Shown one piece after another: positions 51,902-64,000 of a DNA stretch of 64,000 nucleotides. The translations under genes were made by a program, and so were the position numbers. Within the stretch, counting starts at the first letter, position 1, and each line of letters starts with the position of its first letter. The notes beneath the pieces were generated by a model. It searched no databases. It was not told the origin of the DNA and saw nothing but the letters and a program-made list of their open reading frames with translations. The DNA is taken from positions 1 to 64,000 of the forward strand of contig LVLI01000067.1 of the NCBI GenBank assembly GCA_001687465.1, written 5' to 3'. This DNA is from Halocafeteria seosinensis. Lineage: Eukaryota.

Positions 51902-54508
51902 ATGATGAATAGTGGAGGAAGCAGTGGAAAGACCAAAGGAAGTCACACTTCCAGCGCCAATGGACAAAAGGACAATTCCAATGCCTCTGCTACGGATTTT
52001 GCGTCCTGCCCTTTGCTCGTTCATTTGGACCTCAAAGGAGCTCCCCCGAAGCCAGACTACCTTGCTACGATCTTCCCACGCCTGAAACAATGGGGCTGCA
52101 CGGGTTTGGTCATTGAGTGGGAAGACATGTTGCCATATACTGGAGCGCTGCGTTGCGTTCGTAATGTGGAGCATTACACCAAAGAAGAGGTCAAATGTAT
52201 CCTAAAGTCGGCTCACAATGCCGGATTGGACATTATCCCTCTGGTGCAAACTTTTGGACATTTGGAATATGTCCTGAAGTATCCTCAGTTTGCGGTAAGG
52301 CTTATTGTCTGATGCCAACTTAATCCAGCTGAATTGACACGCTTAGCATGTTTGACGTATACAGCACTTGCGCGAAGAGCCCGACAATCATATGGACTTA
52401 TGTCCATTGGCAGAAGATGACAATAGCACCCAAGAGGGCGAGGAAGAAGATGCTACCCTTTCCCTAGACCTATCGGTCGTTGGAGCCAAGAAGTCGCAAG
52501 CTGCCGCAAGCATGCTTCGAGATCTTATTTCACAGGTTATACAGATGCACAAAGATGCGGATGTACCGATTACACACGTGCATATTGGTGGAGACGAAGT
52601 GTTTAGTTTGGGAAACAATCCCCTTAGTGCAGCAGCTATTGCTCTAGCAGACGGTGGCATGCATACCTCCTTAGGACATGATAGCACTGGGCTTCAGCAG
52701 CTCTTTTTAGATCACATTTGTAGCTCCGTGCTTCCCGTCATCGGAGAGCATCAACTGACGGCCATGTTATGGCATGATATGCTAGATCGATGTCCTCCAC
52801 AATGGTTGCAACGGCTCCAGTATGCCAAACACTTTGATTTGGGCTCCAGCCCATGCCCCGTCGAAGTAGTTGTCTGGGCTTACACACCAGATATTGCAGA
52901 CTCCTTGCCCGCAGATGCAGAAAACACTGGCAAGAACTCCATGTGGCAACGGTTCAAAGATGCCGGCTTACCCCTTTGGGGTGCCTCAGCGTTTAAAGGA
53001 GCTGCTTCTCCAGACACTTCATTTCCTCCCGTTGCCCGTCATCTCAGCAACCATCTTTCTTGGGTTACGCGTGCTGAGTCAACCAGTTTACAAGGCTTAG
53101 TGCTTACAGGATGGTCAAGGTTCAACCATACGGCTACCTTGTGCGAAACCTTGCCAACCGGTATACCTTCATTAGCGCTTAATTTATCCGTCATAAGGGA
53201 GATTGGAAAAGACAACGTGGGGAAGTCGAATCAGTCGTACTTCTTTGCTGGCTCTTCTTCCTCTAGTACGATGATACCTATGGGATCTTACCGTGAGCTC
53301 GTGAAAGATGTTCACCGACGAATCTACAAGGAGCTGGGATTGGTCTGGAACCACGGAGGTATTGTCCCATTAACGCCTTCACTAACCCAACTCGGCGATC
53401 TTCCATGGCCTGATAGTTCGGAGAGCGAAGGTGACCTAGGACGACAGCGGTTTCCGGGTGGATGTCTTTGGAGATTGTTTGGACAGCTAGTGAGTCCATG
53501 CGATGCGTTTTTTGAAATCGCCAAGCCTTGTCTATTGTTATGCTATGTCTTGCAGGAGAGTGCAAAAATGCAATTCCAACGTGCACAAGAAAATCGTAAA
53601 CTGTTTTGTCCCCCCTACACTCATCGTTTAAACCCTCCACTGTGGAGAAGAATCGGTAAGTCTGCGAAAGGATATTATACCTGCCGACACCACTATCAGC
53701 GATGTCCTGTAAGTGAATTTTGAGGTGACGCAGAACAGCATTGCCGATCTACAGCATCGCTTGTGTCTTCCATAAGGGATCGTATGATAACCTACTGCTC
53801 TCAGTGTCTCACCCCTGGCTCTGTCAGCGAGATTATATATGGCAAAGTAGATATACTCGAAGTGAGTTCCCAACTGGTTCGCGCGAGGACGTGTATGTCT
53901 TGATGCCTTGCCGTTTTTTGCAGCGAGAGTGCCTTCATCTTGCGGACGAACTTGCAAGGTGGCGCGCATTTCACTGTCCAGGTAACTTCGAACAACCCTC
54001 AGCAACTATTGGTCCCGTTCCGCCGTCACCCTCGGGAGCTCCTGCAACTGTCAGTAGTAGCGAACCACATGGTGAATCAGTCGAGTATGTACGGGCATCG
54101 TACACGCGGACTCCAACTAGGAATTCGCTGAAAGACACTCCGCCTAATGGAGCATTCCATTTTATGCCCGGACTCTCACTGGATGCCGTCGAACGATCAT
54201 TTTCAGAAGCAGTCTCCAAAAGAGCAAGAGAATGGCTGCAAGGAGAAGGCATCCTTTTTGATTCTCAGAAGAAACCGTCGGTAAACTGCAACCTAGTTGA
54301 ATTGCAAAAGATAGCGAATTTTCTTAAGGTTCGATCGTGCAACTTAGAATCTAACTCGTCCGATTCCTCTCTCAAGAGTGTTGAAGCTACGGCTGCTTTG
54401 TTCATTATCTTGCCTTTGCTAAACAACGCCCCGCGATTTTCCGGACAAGCAGATGACGGAACTTCAGCAAGCGAAGATGTGCGCATGGATTGTGATGATG
54501 CAGAGTAG
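51902..54508 (+). CDS. HEXD: Hexosaminidase D-like GH20 (multi-exon; 3' exon structure uncertain)
   Basis: LVHLDLKGAPPK, IEWEDMLPY, IPLVQTFGHLEYVLK, HIGGDEV, WHDML, WGASAFKGA, LTGWSRFNH..LCETLP. Confidence 0.88.
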
Positions 54509-54530
54509 TACCGACTTCTTATTCGCCTAA

Positions 54531-57500
54531 TTATGTTTCCGCCAGTCTCACCGAGATGGGAATATTCAATGCGAGAGCGAGAGTCAAATACAGTAGTGTC
54601 GCACTGAGCTTGGTCAAGTCTTCCGCGGCGTTGTTCCACAACTCAGGAATAGTTGGGAGTTGTGCGGGTTCTTCCACCTGCTGAGTCACGGGTATAGAGG
54701 CACGTCGTCCGATAGACGCTCGGCTGAGCAAGTAGGGGCCCGCAGCTTCCTGTATCACTGGATCGTACACGCACTCTTGAACCTCCGACTGCTGTGAATG
54801 CGGGATGGAGGTAAGGAAGTTTTGCAGGTCATGCAAGTCCATCAATGCAGCCATACGGCAAAGCGCTTCTAGGAAATCCGGATATGAAGCACAGCATTGC
54901 AACGGATCAATATAATCCTCTGACCGTGCTATTAAAGCAAAACGAAATGACATATACACCGCGTCAATGCCGTGAGACGTGCGTACCCTTGCAACCAAGT
55001 CATTATGCTTGAATGTGTCGACCCACTGAAGAATATTTATGCTTTCTTCCCCATCAACGCCGCTAGTGTCCCCGCCACTCACTGGGATTGCTTTAACAAC
55101 CGCAAATATATTTTGTAGCATTGGAGCCAGCTTGACAAAGATATACCCTACTGGAGTGGTATATAAGCATTTTGTTCGGAAGAGGTCGCTCCATGGTGAG
55201 AACATGTTATTTGTTCCAAAGAGCACCTGTGCAGAGCAAGCGACGAACGTTTCGAAGAAATCATCAAAGCATTGGGAAATGGCATCATCATCTTCACGGT
55301 TGACATGATTCAGTGTGAGAGCTATTCGGCAGAGCACTTCCAGGAAATTGCGACGAGCAAGTAACGCCTTTTTCCGAGAAGCCTGGGAAACAGAAAGGAT
55401 TCATAATAGAGCCTACCAAAGAATTCAATTGTCTCACCTACCTCTTTGCTATTTCTCTTTGAGGCAATAAATGCCATATCAAGATCCGAAGAGCTCTGTA
55501 AGTTGTCAGTGATCCCTGAATATTTGCAAAAGCTCGAGTATTGCGCGAACGACATGCCACACGGATTAAATCCCCCATTGTTCGCAAGAGTTGAGAGACA
55601 ACAGTAGTAACAAAAAATTGCTTGAAATGAACAATAGTGTCGTTCAAGAACAGCTTTCGTCTGCTCCGGCAGGTTTGTCAGACTGAGTACGTCATAACCG
55701 CAATTGGAAAGATCTTCCTCGAGTAATCGTGGCACCATCGCCGCAGTTTCTAGTCCTGAACCGGACGGAGAGATTCTTGTGCGAGTTTTCCATAGTTTGC
55801 TTAGGTCAGAATACACATCGAAGAACTCTCCATCCCACATGTTCCCTGAATCTGAGGCTCTCTTAGGATAGATGAACCGCCCTTGCGGGGCTTCCTCTAG
55901 CAGTAACACGCACCGTAACTGACGCTTTGGTATAATGCCTTTCAGTAGATACAACATTGATTGAATGTCTTCCTCGTAGGTTGTTCGGGTTTCTTGACTC
56001 ATAGAGAAGCGGTCGTATTTCTTAAGGCACTCGCTCAAATCGAGATACAATACGCTTTTGTTGTATTCAAGGGCTGAAACAATAGTCCTCACAGCCTTGA
56101 GATTGAGATGATTTCTTGCAAAGCTAACTTTTGTCAGTCTGCGCGAAGACATAATCATTGTAGCGACCGAGGAGGCGGAGGTCGCTGTCAACTCATTCGA
56201 TGAGGCGTCAACCATGCTCAGTGAGGCGCTCCGGGGTGCCAGTTGCATGGATGCGCTAAAAAAGTTCAGCGCAACGTCGCTTATTGAGCAGTTTTCCATA
56301 TAAAGCGTATGAAGAATCGACTGTTCGTTCGAAGAAGGCGTGTGTTCATTCAGCATTTTCCGCAGAAAGTTGGCAATAGCAGTTCTTTCATCATTGAGGT
56401 TTCGGCGACGCCTTTTCTTTATCCGCAAGTAAAACCCTTGAGTTTCTTCGAGCCGTTGATTGGTTACGGGTACTCCCAAGATTCTAAGACTGATACAGCA
56501 TAGACCAAAAGCAAACTTGTTTCCTGATACCTTCAATTTTTTCAAGTTCGGTAGTCCAGCGATGGACCCGATCAGAGGCATTGGCCAGTCATTCGTTTGT
56601 CGTTGCACTTCCAGCTGAAGATTACAGTAAGATAGATCAAGTTCTTCAAGAGCTGTACAGTTCGTTAGATTAAGGGGTAGGCGATTAAGAGCTTGCAGGG
56701 GTAGATCGGCTTTCCTAAGTGAAGAACCTGGAGAAAAGAGCTTGGGGCAGTCACTCAAGTCCAATTCCTTAAGGGAGGCCTGGCAATTCTTCGAAGCGAG
56801 TAATATCCTACTCAAACCGTAGAGCGTCTCAGTTGCTACCGAATGGTTTCCGCTTAAATCAACCTTTTCCACACAGTTTCCGGCCTCATTTGCAGAATTC
56901 AGTTGTTCCCATTTGGCTTCACGAAGTACATCTACCCCTCCCAGCCCTCCTAACATCGCCTCGCCCCCCGTATCGGAATTCAGTGCACCATGCAAAACAA
57001 GCTCCTGCATGCTTTTCATTTTCGATAGCGCAGAGCCAAGTGCTTGGTACTGCTGTACCGGAAGTCCCGAGTGAGCAACGTAGATGCTACCACTACGTAG
57101 CATGCTAATACAGTTTTGTGATATACTGATTCCCAGCTGCTTGCAATTTGTTAAGTATGCTAGTATAGCGTTTTCCGTCTCAGCATCGGTATTCTCCTTT
57201 TCATAGGTTAGTGGTTCACGATGTCCCGTTGTTTCCTTTGAGGACGATACTTTTTGCGGTGGTTTCCGTGCTGATAGGAAGGCTTGACGGTTTTGCAAGA
57301 GGTCTCGAGAGCTTTCGTAAAGTTCGTGTGCATCTGGATGGGGTTTGGGCTTCACTTGTTCAAAATCAAGCCTATAATCAAAATCTGCAGAATTTAAGTG
57401 GGGATACTTCTCCCGAGGAGACAACGGCTTCCTCACGGATTCAGAGTGCGAGGTCTCTCGGTCCAACGTACTCTCCGACATGGGGGAGGGGCTATAACTT

Positions 57501-57964
57501 GCGGACGGTAGATGTTGTGATCCTGGGGAGTTTTCCAATCGACCGCTGGTAAAATCAGGGCTCCTGGGAGGTCGTCGGCGAACATCTTGTTGAAAAGTCT
57601 GCTGCAGCTTTAATCGCGCGCTTCCTTCCCAGAATCCCTCTTCCTCCTCTCCTTCTGCCACGCCAAATTGAGTACACGAGAACCAATAATAGTGACTAGT
57701 TTCGAGAAAGCAAATCGTATGCGTACCTTTCAAAAATTCATCCGTCGGACTGGGAGAAGGCGCTGGTATTCGTCCCAACGGCGAGACTGCTCGTCGCGCG
57801 CCCGTCGCTACATTGGCTCCAGCGGTACTTAATGCTGTCGAAGTGTGTGTTTTCTCTGTTCTCACAGACGGGATCTCAGAGCGTGTACGTCTCATAGTGG
57901 GAGAGGTTAGAGCGCCAAAATCGCCAGGAACGATCAATCCGGGCTTGTATAAACGATAGGACAA
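54531..57964 (-). CDS. RNI-like leucine-rich repeat protein with possible EF-hand-like C-terminal region (start probably in a small upstream exon near 58134)
   Basis: LKELDLSDC, LEELDLSYCNL, LKKLKVSGN, LTKVSFARNHL, LEYNKSVLYLDLS. Confidence 0.7.
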
Positions 57965-58681
57965 CTTGATGTCGAGACCCGTCGCACTACCTTCACAGGC
58001 TACTGAAGGCTGTAATTTTGTTGATGCGTTAGCACATTAGCAGTGTGCATTAGTATTGCTCCTACCCGGAAGACGTCTAGTTTACATACTACGCTAGGCC
58101 GTGTGTATAGTACCGCGCATGCCACATGTGACATGGTGCCACGTTAGGACAGCTTCCATCAGGAAGACGCTTGTGTACTCGTCTTAGACTGTCTACGTTA
58201 GACAGTACTACGCTCATATCATCGATAGATAGAGTCTGACACACAGAGATGCGTTCGAGTAACCAGCAATGAACGAAGTCCCAATCCCGGATCATCAGTC
58301 TTAGGAAGTCTAAATACAACTTGTACTGGTTACCGGTAGGCAGTGATCATCTGGCAGGACACGCACACACTGCTGCAATGTGCTCAGCACGTATACAAGA
58401 ACCCACTTCTCACCAAATACATACTTTCGACATGGCACTCCACTATTGCTAAATTCCCAGGGTCGCTACTGTTGTATCAAGTTACAACCTCGTCCGTGGC
58501 CCATGGGACTCTCCTTCACATCCTTCCATAGACGGCGAAGGACCTCGGAAGGTTTGAAATATTACACGCCCTCAATACTTTCCCCACATTGTGATGTCAA
58601 CATCCCAATTCCGTTTTTGAGTCCTTGTTTCCTGTGTCAACGCCGACTGTCTGGTTGCATTCGTATTAACATCCGAAGACG

Positions 58682-60328
58682 ATGAGCCATCGTCAACAGA
58701 ATCTCGTTAGTGAATGTGTACGGAACGCACGGCGTGCAGCACGTTCCTCACGGTTTTTATGGAGGTCCTACTTGTACGCCAAAAAGGAGTACCTGAGTGG
58801 CTTTCCTTCGTCATCGAATACAGCAGCTGCGGCAGCAGCAGCAAGTGGGCATAGACCAAAACATCATGAGAGTGATCCTCGACACACCAGTGGCTCCTCT
58901 GGCACGAGGGCGAAGAAGTCTAAAGAAGGCCAGAGTATGTCATGGGAGGAAACGACAGTACCGCCGATACCTGTGGACGTCTTATCCTCTGCAACAACGT
59001 ACGACTCCTTATTTCGGGCGAGCTCGGCTGGAGCCTTGGACGATCTCCAGGAACTTCAGCAAGAAATCAAGCGAATCTGTACCCCAGTCGTACATTCTAT
59101 AAATAAGATTAGTTTGAAAGACGGTACGGTGCTTGGAACATATATTGAAAATATAGCGCGTGCAGAGCAATGCTAATTATCGTTGTGGTTAATCCTGTGT
59201 GTGTGTGCAGTGGGCGTTACAGAGCAATGGCTACGGCAAAAATATAGTTCATTGAAGAGTTCTGGGAACCTGTCGTGGATGGTTCCACAGAAAGGATCAA
59301 GTCCTGGAGCGTCGGCACCGGATAAACCTCATGCATCTGGGTCGGGGTCTCAACAATCTGTTAGCAGCAGGGCGGACGGGGATGCCATTATCGAAGAAGC
59401 AACTAGCGGGGAACTTGAAGATATTGACAACCTCGAGAGGTACATTGAAAATCACGTCCCCACGCTAACTCGTCGACACAGAAATACTCAGCATATTGGT
59501 TATATCCCTATTCTTGAGGAATATCCTCGGCCAAGTCTTGTGGCGGATTCCGATAGCGACACCTCGGAATCTGAAGGAAACAGTCCTCGCGGTGATCCTG
59601 TGACAATGGGGATATTTATCTTGCCCCCGGGGACTTCTCTTCCTTTGCATGACCACCCGGGAATGTGTGTCGTATCCAAAGTGTAAGTTTACTTAATGCT
59701 GCGAAACCGTTGTCTGAAAGGACTAGGGTGTTGCTGAATGAAAACATACAGACTCTATGGATCCCTTCACTTAAGAACATATGATCTATGCACTCACCAA
59801 GGTCAAATGTTTCCTCATTTGCGGAGTCCAAGCCTAGGTGACGTTATGCCAGCAAAACCAGGGGAACCCCTGAATGTCGCGGCTGAAAAACAGCACGGCG
59901 GTAGTGAAGACGCACAATCGAAGAGTTCCGATAGCACCGCGGAGGAGGAAGATGATCATATCGCCACAGTAGATGAAGAGGAGGAGCACGTGGACACGTA
60001 CAGATTTGCGAAGTTTAAAAACGGCTATATAGTTCCCCAGGGATCATCAGTATGCCTTACCCCCTTGCGAGGGAATATCCATTCATTGAGGAATTATCAG
60101 CATTCGAATCTTGCACTCTCTGGAGCCGTTGCTTCGAACGAGCCCTGTGTTGTACTAGATGTATTATTCCCTCCCTACGACTTTCAAAGACACCGCGCGT
60201 GCACTTACTATGACGAGTTTCAGTCCACTTCTACCCACGATGTGACGTTCCTGAAGGCCATACCAACTCCTTCAGATCTAGATATGGACGAGTTTGAATA
60301 CAAGGGCCCATCACCACATGAGACTTGA
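58682..60328 (+). CDS. Cysteamine dioxygenase / plant cysteine oxidase (ADO/PCO) family (3 exons)
   Basis: MGIFILPPGTSLPLHDHPGMCVVSKVLYG, GNIHSL, VLDVLFPPYD..RACTYY. Confidence 0.9.
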
Positions 60329-60699
60329 ATGAAATTATGCGTACTTGTGAAAGGATCAGAACGTGATTGTCAGTGGTTTGTCACGTGCAGTTCTATCTCA
60401 CGTGGAACTGTTGGTACTGCTATATTTCAGTCATGGTAAAAAGAAGTAGTAGTAGTCGGAAACGAGACGTGAGCGGTAGAGATATGACGAAAAAGCAAAC
60501 AGAATAAACTCTGGGAAATGGTCCTTGATCCAAATGCACAATTTCAATCATCTTAAAATTCCAAGTTGCAACCCCCTAATTTGAATTCCAGAGTGCATTT
60601 CCAGTGGTTACTGGGGGTCAGGTGTTGTTATGGAGTAACTATCACGACTTAGAATCACTGTTATTGTGAAAAGAGAAAGAGACAGGGTCACAAATAATC

Positions 60700-63387
60700 A
60701 TGGACGAATTAGAGCGTCGCTTGGCGCGTGACATTAATTGTCTTAAAGACCAGGACCGAACCAAACGCAAGAGTGGGTTGAAGGCTTTATTCCAGCTTCT
60801 GGAGGACCACGACGCCGATACACAGGCAGTAGGGCAATTATTCTGTCAAACACAGGTGGGGACGCTTCTCATACAACTTCTGACGGACTCTGTGGAACGC
60901 ATAAGGGAATCTACCATTGATGTCCTGGAGGGCTTTTTGGGCCTCTCCTCGGTTCGAGAGAATTTGGCTGATTTTAGCAAGCCCTTACTACACGCTATAA
61001 AGACACAGATTGGCGAGAAACCCTTTAATGAACCCGCGGAAGAGCTGCGCCTTCGATATGCGCAGCTACTACATAAGATCATACGAGAACCAGCGTGCTC
61101 TGAGGAGATAAGGGGGGATTCATTCGACGATATTGTGCATATCATTGAGAATGCCAGTCAAGACTCATTCCCCCAAACGAAGCAAGAATGCGCGCGTCTA
61201 GTGGAATCATTGGTTCGATGTCACCCAGAAAGGATACACGGAAGTGTCTCGTCGCTGTTGAACCCACAACTGGGCAATTTTGTGCACCAACGCGCGGCTG
61301 TACGTCTGGCGGCATTAAAGGCGGTATCGCTGGTATTGACGTATTGCAAAGAGGCGGGCGCCGATGCTCTGAAAGAGCAAGTAGTTCCAAAGCTTACTAT
61401 GCTTTTGTTTGATAGATCGCCAAGTGTGCGCAAAGAGTTGGCTGGAGCTGTTCTGCAATTACTTGCGTATGCTCCTCACAATATCATAGAAGACTCTTGT
61501 GCTTCGCTTGAGTATATCTGCTTGTCTCTGCATGCCGATGATACGGACGATGTATCTCAAGTTTGCTATGAAAAGTTCAAAGAACTTGCACCAAAAATAC
61601 ATGAGAATCTGACATCTTCAGTAACTCGTGAGGAGGAAGACCTTACGTTGGATGAACGCGTGGCTGCTGAAGCTGCCTCAGGGGATGCAACCGACGATAC
61701 AAAGATGGCGGTGAATAACGAAACAGGCAATGACGAGGGGACAGAAGCAGATGTAGAACTTCCACAGCCATTTGCGGAGCGGCCTGTCCTTTCTGCCAGA
61801 AAAGCAATCGTGCATCACCTCGGAGATCTGGTTGACCTGTGCACACAAGGATTGACTGAATGGACCGCTCCGTTACGAAAAGCAGCTGCCTGTGCACTGC
61901 GTTCCCTTCTAGTTTACGCCGAGGATAATATAACCGCTTACGTAGACAAGGTAATTTCATCTCTTTGCCGCGCGGTGCAAGACGAAGAGGTATCTATTCG
62001 CGACCTCGTTCACGACTGTAATGCTCTTGTAGGGGCTTATGTGCCTTCTTCTGGACAGCTTGGCGTACTGCTACCGCTAATTCGTGGAGAGTTATCAGGG
62101 CTGACAGAACCTGCTCACAAATATCAAGGGGTAATTGTAATGTGCGATACGATAAGCGGAATGAACTTCCAGCAAGTGGAGCCACACCTCATGGAAATAT
62201 CAAGAGCACTATCGGAGCCAGAGCTCGTTAACTCAGAAATTACGGAGATGCCAGAAGCGCTGTATTATTCCATTGAAGCCCTCATAGACGTTGGACAGAA
62301 GTCTATTTGCGAATACGAGTGCCGCAGCTTTATTTCCAGGGCTTTGGTAAACTTGCATAGAGAAGACGTTACACAGTCTCTGCATGCGAAGTCACAAACC
62401 TTACTTCGGCAGTTGACCGAGTGGTCGGAATGTTCTTGTATAGCCAACATGCTGAGTAAAGACTTGAAACCGTTCCTGCAGCAAGAACTTAATCGAGTAG
62501 ATGAATGGACAAAAGGAGATGGTGGACGACTCTTTTTGGATGCTGTTGTCCGCCACTATCCACCAGCCGTTGAGTCTTTTTGTGCTGAACTAGCCCAAGT
62601 GTTCGAAATGTGTGCAGACAGGAAAAGGGACCGAGAACTCAGACTCGCAATGATGGGTTTACTTGACGTTTTTCTTAAGACATGTGACATTTCTCAAAGA
62701 ATTCCGGAGGGAGTTCCGGCGCTTACGCAAGGTTCCATTCAAGAACTGCATAGAGCGCTTAGCACGTGCATTCCTACGATTCTACGCAACACAATTAAGC
62801 CAAATCTAGTCTGGAGACCTGGTGGCGTCGCGTCAGCGATGAGGAAAATCACATCCTCATGCCTTTTGTCAGGATTGCAAACTGACTTGGTTTCCACACC
62901 TGTCATTCAAGATTGTTGGAACGATCTCCAGCAACAATTGCTTTCCGTGCTCGCCGATGATGATGTTACCACGCGGCAAATAGTGTGTATGGTCCTTCAA
63001 TTGATGTTCGAAAAGGGAGGTAACTCATTGTTGAATATGGAAACAACAAGAAGCGTCTATCCCGAGCTCATTAAACGCCTCGATGATTCCAACGACCATG
63101 TGCGTCAGTTGATCTGTCCCACGCTGAAGTCATTTCTCTACGCCGCAACAGCAGAGAATCTTCAAGGTGGGCCAATTGATCATACCGTGGAGACCTTGCT
63201 TATTCACATGGATGATCCAGATAGGACGATGCAAGAGAGTTGCTTCGACGCCCTCTGTGAATACGCAAAAATGGATGTGCCGTACACGTACAAAAAAGCC
63301 AAAGAAGCTCGTCAGAAGCATCGCTCCCCTGTGTTTTGCGATCGGTTGCTTCAATTTTGCGAGAACCTGCAGAGTCAAACGGCTTGA
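60700..63387 (+). CDS. DNAAF5: Dynein axonemal assembly factor 5 (HEATR2)
   Basis: HEAT repeats; LARDINCLKD.DR..RK, EPAEELRL, LVWRPGGVASAMRK, YPELIKRLDDSND.VR; intronless, 895 aa. Confidence 0.85.
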   Translation: MDELERRLARDINCLKDQDRTKRKSGLKALFQLLEDHDADTQAVGQLFCQTQVGTLLIQLLTDSVERIRESTIDVLEGFLGLSSVRENLADFSKPLLHAIKTQIGEKPFNEPAEELRLRYAQLLHKIIREPACSEEIRGDSFDDIVHIIENASQDSFPQTKQECARLVESLVRCHPERIHGSVSSLLNPQLGNFVHQRAAVRLAALKAVSLVLTYCKEAGADALKEQVVPKLTMLLFDRSPSVRKELAGAVLQLLAYAPHNIIEDSCASLEYICLSLHADDTDDVSQVCYEKFKELAPKIHENLTSSVTREEEDLTLDERVAAEAASGDATDDTKMAVNNETGNDEGTEADVELPQPFAERPVLSARKAIVHHLGDLVDLCTQGLTEWTAPLRKAAACALRSLLVYAEDNITAYVDKVISSLCRAVQDEEVSIRDLVHDCNALVGAYVPSSGQLGVLLPLIRGELSGLTEPAHKYQGVIVMCDTISGMNFQQVEPHLMEISRALSEPELVNSEITEMPEALYYSIEALIDVGQKSICEYECRSFISRALVNLHREDVTQSLHAKSQTLLRQLTEWSECSCIANMLSKDLKPFLQQELNRVDEWTKGDGGRLFLDAVVRHYPPAVESFCAELAQVFEMCADRKRDRELRLAMMGLLDVFLKTCDISQRIPEGVPALTQGSIQELHRALSTCIPTILRNTIKPNLVWRPGGVASAMRKITSSCLLSGLQTDLVSTPVIQDCWNDLQQQLLSVLADDDVTTRQIVCMVLQLMFEKGGNSLLNMETTRSVYPELIKRLDDSNDHVRQLICPTLKSFLYAATAENLQGGPIDHTVETLLIHMDDPDRTMQESCFDALCEYAKMDVPYTYKKAKEARQKHRSPVFCDRLLQFCENLQSQTA

Positions 63388-63403
63388 ATGAAGCTGCTAC
63401 AAG

Positions 63404-64000
63404 CTAGCGCGGAGATTCCTTTGAAGAAATATTCCTCTGTCGCGCGTCCGCCGAACTTTCGCTACTTTCCCTTGGAGGGTTCGACTGAACAAGTTCATCT
63501 GCTTGGTGCGAGGGACCCTGAGATGCCCTCGCTTGTCCTGTACCCTCATTCGGCGTCCTAGAACCGTGAGAAACTGTTTTTCTCCTTCGCTTTAGATCGA
63601 CAATTATGACGGTGATGTTGTCTGTTGAGCCTCTGGACAAAGCCTCTTGCGTTAAAAGATCAGCAGCTTTCTGGACAGACCGATTTGACATAGTCAAGAA
63701 AGCCCCGACTTCAGCATTGGACACGACGTCCCAGAGCCCATCGGTGGCCAGGACAAGGTATTTATCCTCCTCCTCAAGAATCTTCGATTTTACTTCTGGT
63801 GTGGCTGTAACGAACGGCTTCAATAATCGATCACCTATTGCCCTGCGACGACAGAACGCACAAATAAAGGCTGAAAGAGAAACAGCACTCGGTATTAGTT
63901 TCGTTGTTATCTTACCTCGAAACAGCCAGCACTCCTTGTACCCGCCAAACTCCAAAAAATTGAACAATTCCACCTAGGTTGCGGATACGAGCGCTTTCAT
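63404..64000 (-). CDS. Protein phosphatase 2C, 3' part (continues beyond the window)
   Basis: RAIGD..LKPFVTATPEV, YLVLATDGLWDVVSN, GSTDNITVIIVDL. Confidence 0.9.

Overview
Gene-dense eukaryotic (protist) nuclear DNA with short GT-AG introns (checked examples 59-86 nt) and no prokaryotic features. H2B starting [11 protein letters not shown]3 with [10 protein letters not shown] and a DNAAF5/HEATR2 gene suggest a flagellated stramenopile (inference). Bases 1-5.2 kb hold the end of a tandem core-histone cluster (H4, H2A, H2B, H3, H4, H2A, H2B; period about 3.1 kb). About 25 further genes follow: GST theta, SLC25A51-like carrier, mS23, PI31-like, PIG-T, Tim23, INCENP, lipoate ligase, CDK11-like, Iwr1-like, VPS28, ERCC8, COPI-associated protein, TRM112, a CW zinc finger, HSP20, MFSD1, an SDR, HEXD, an LRR protein, ADO/PCO, DNAAF5, PP2C and several unknowns. 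The strongest novel signal is a non-canonical 17-nt histone 3' stem-loop, GGTGTTT-NNT-AAACACC-ACC, behind all seven histone genes. Also notable are a candidate histone promoter motif, two paralogs of an unassigned three-repeat 6-TM family, INCENP+SAP and Iwr1+ankyrin architectures, a frameshifted ATR relic, and very short spacers between convergent genes. All assignments come from reading motifs by eye; no database searches were run, and multi-exon coordinates are gene spans.
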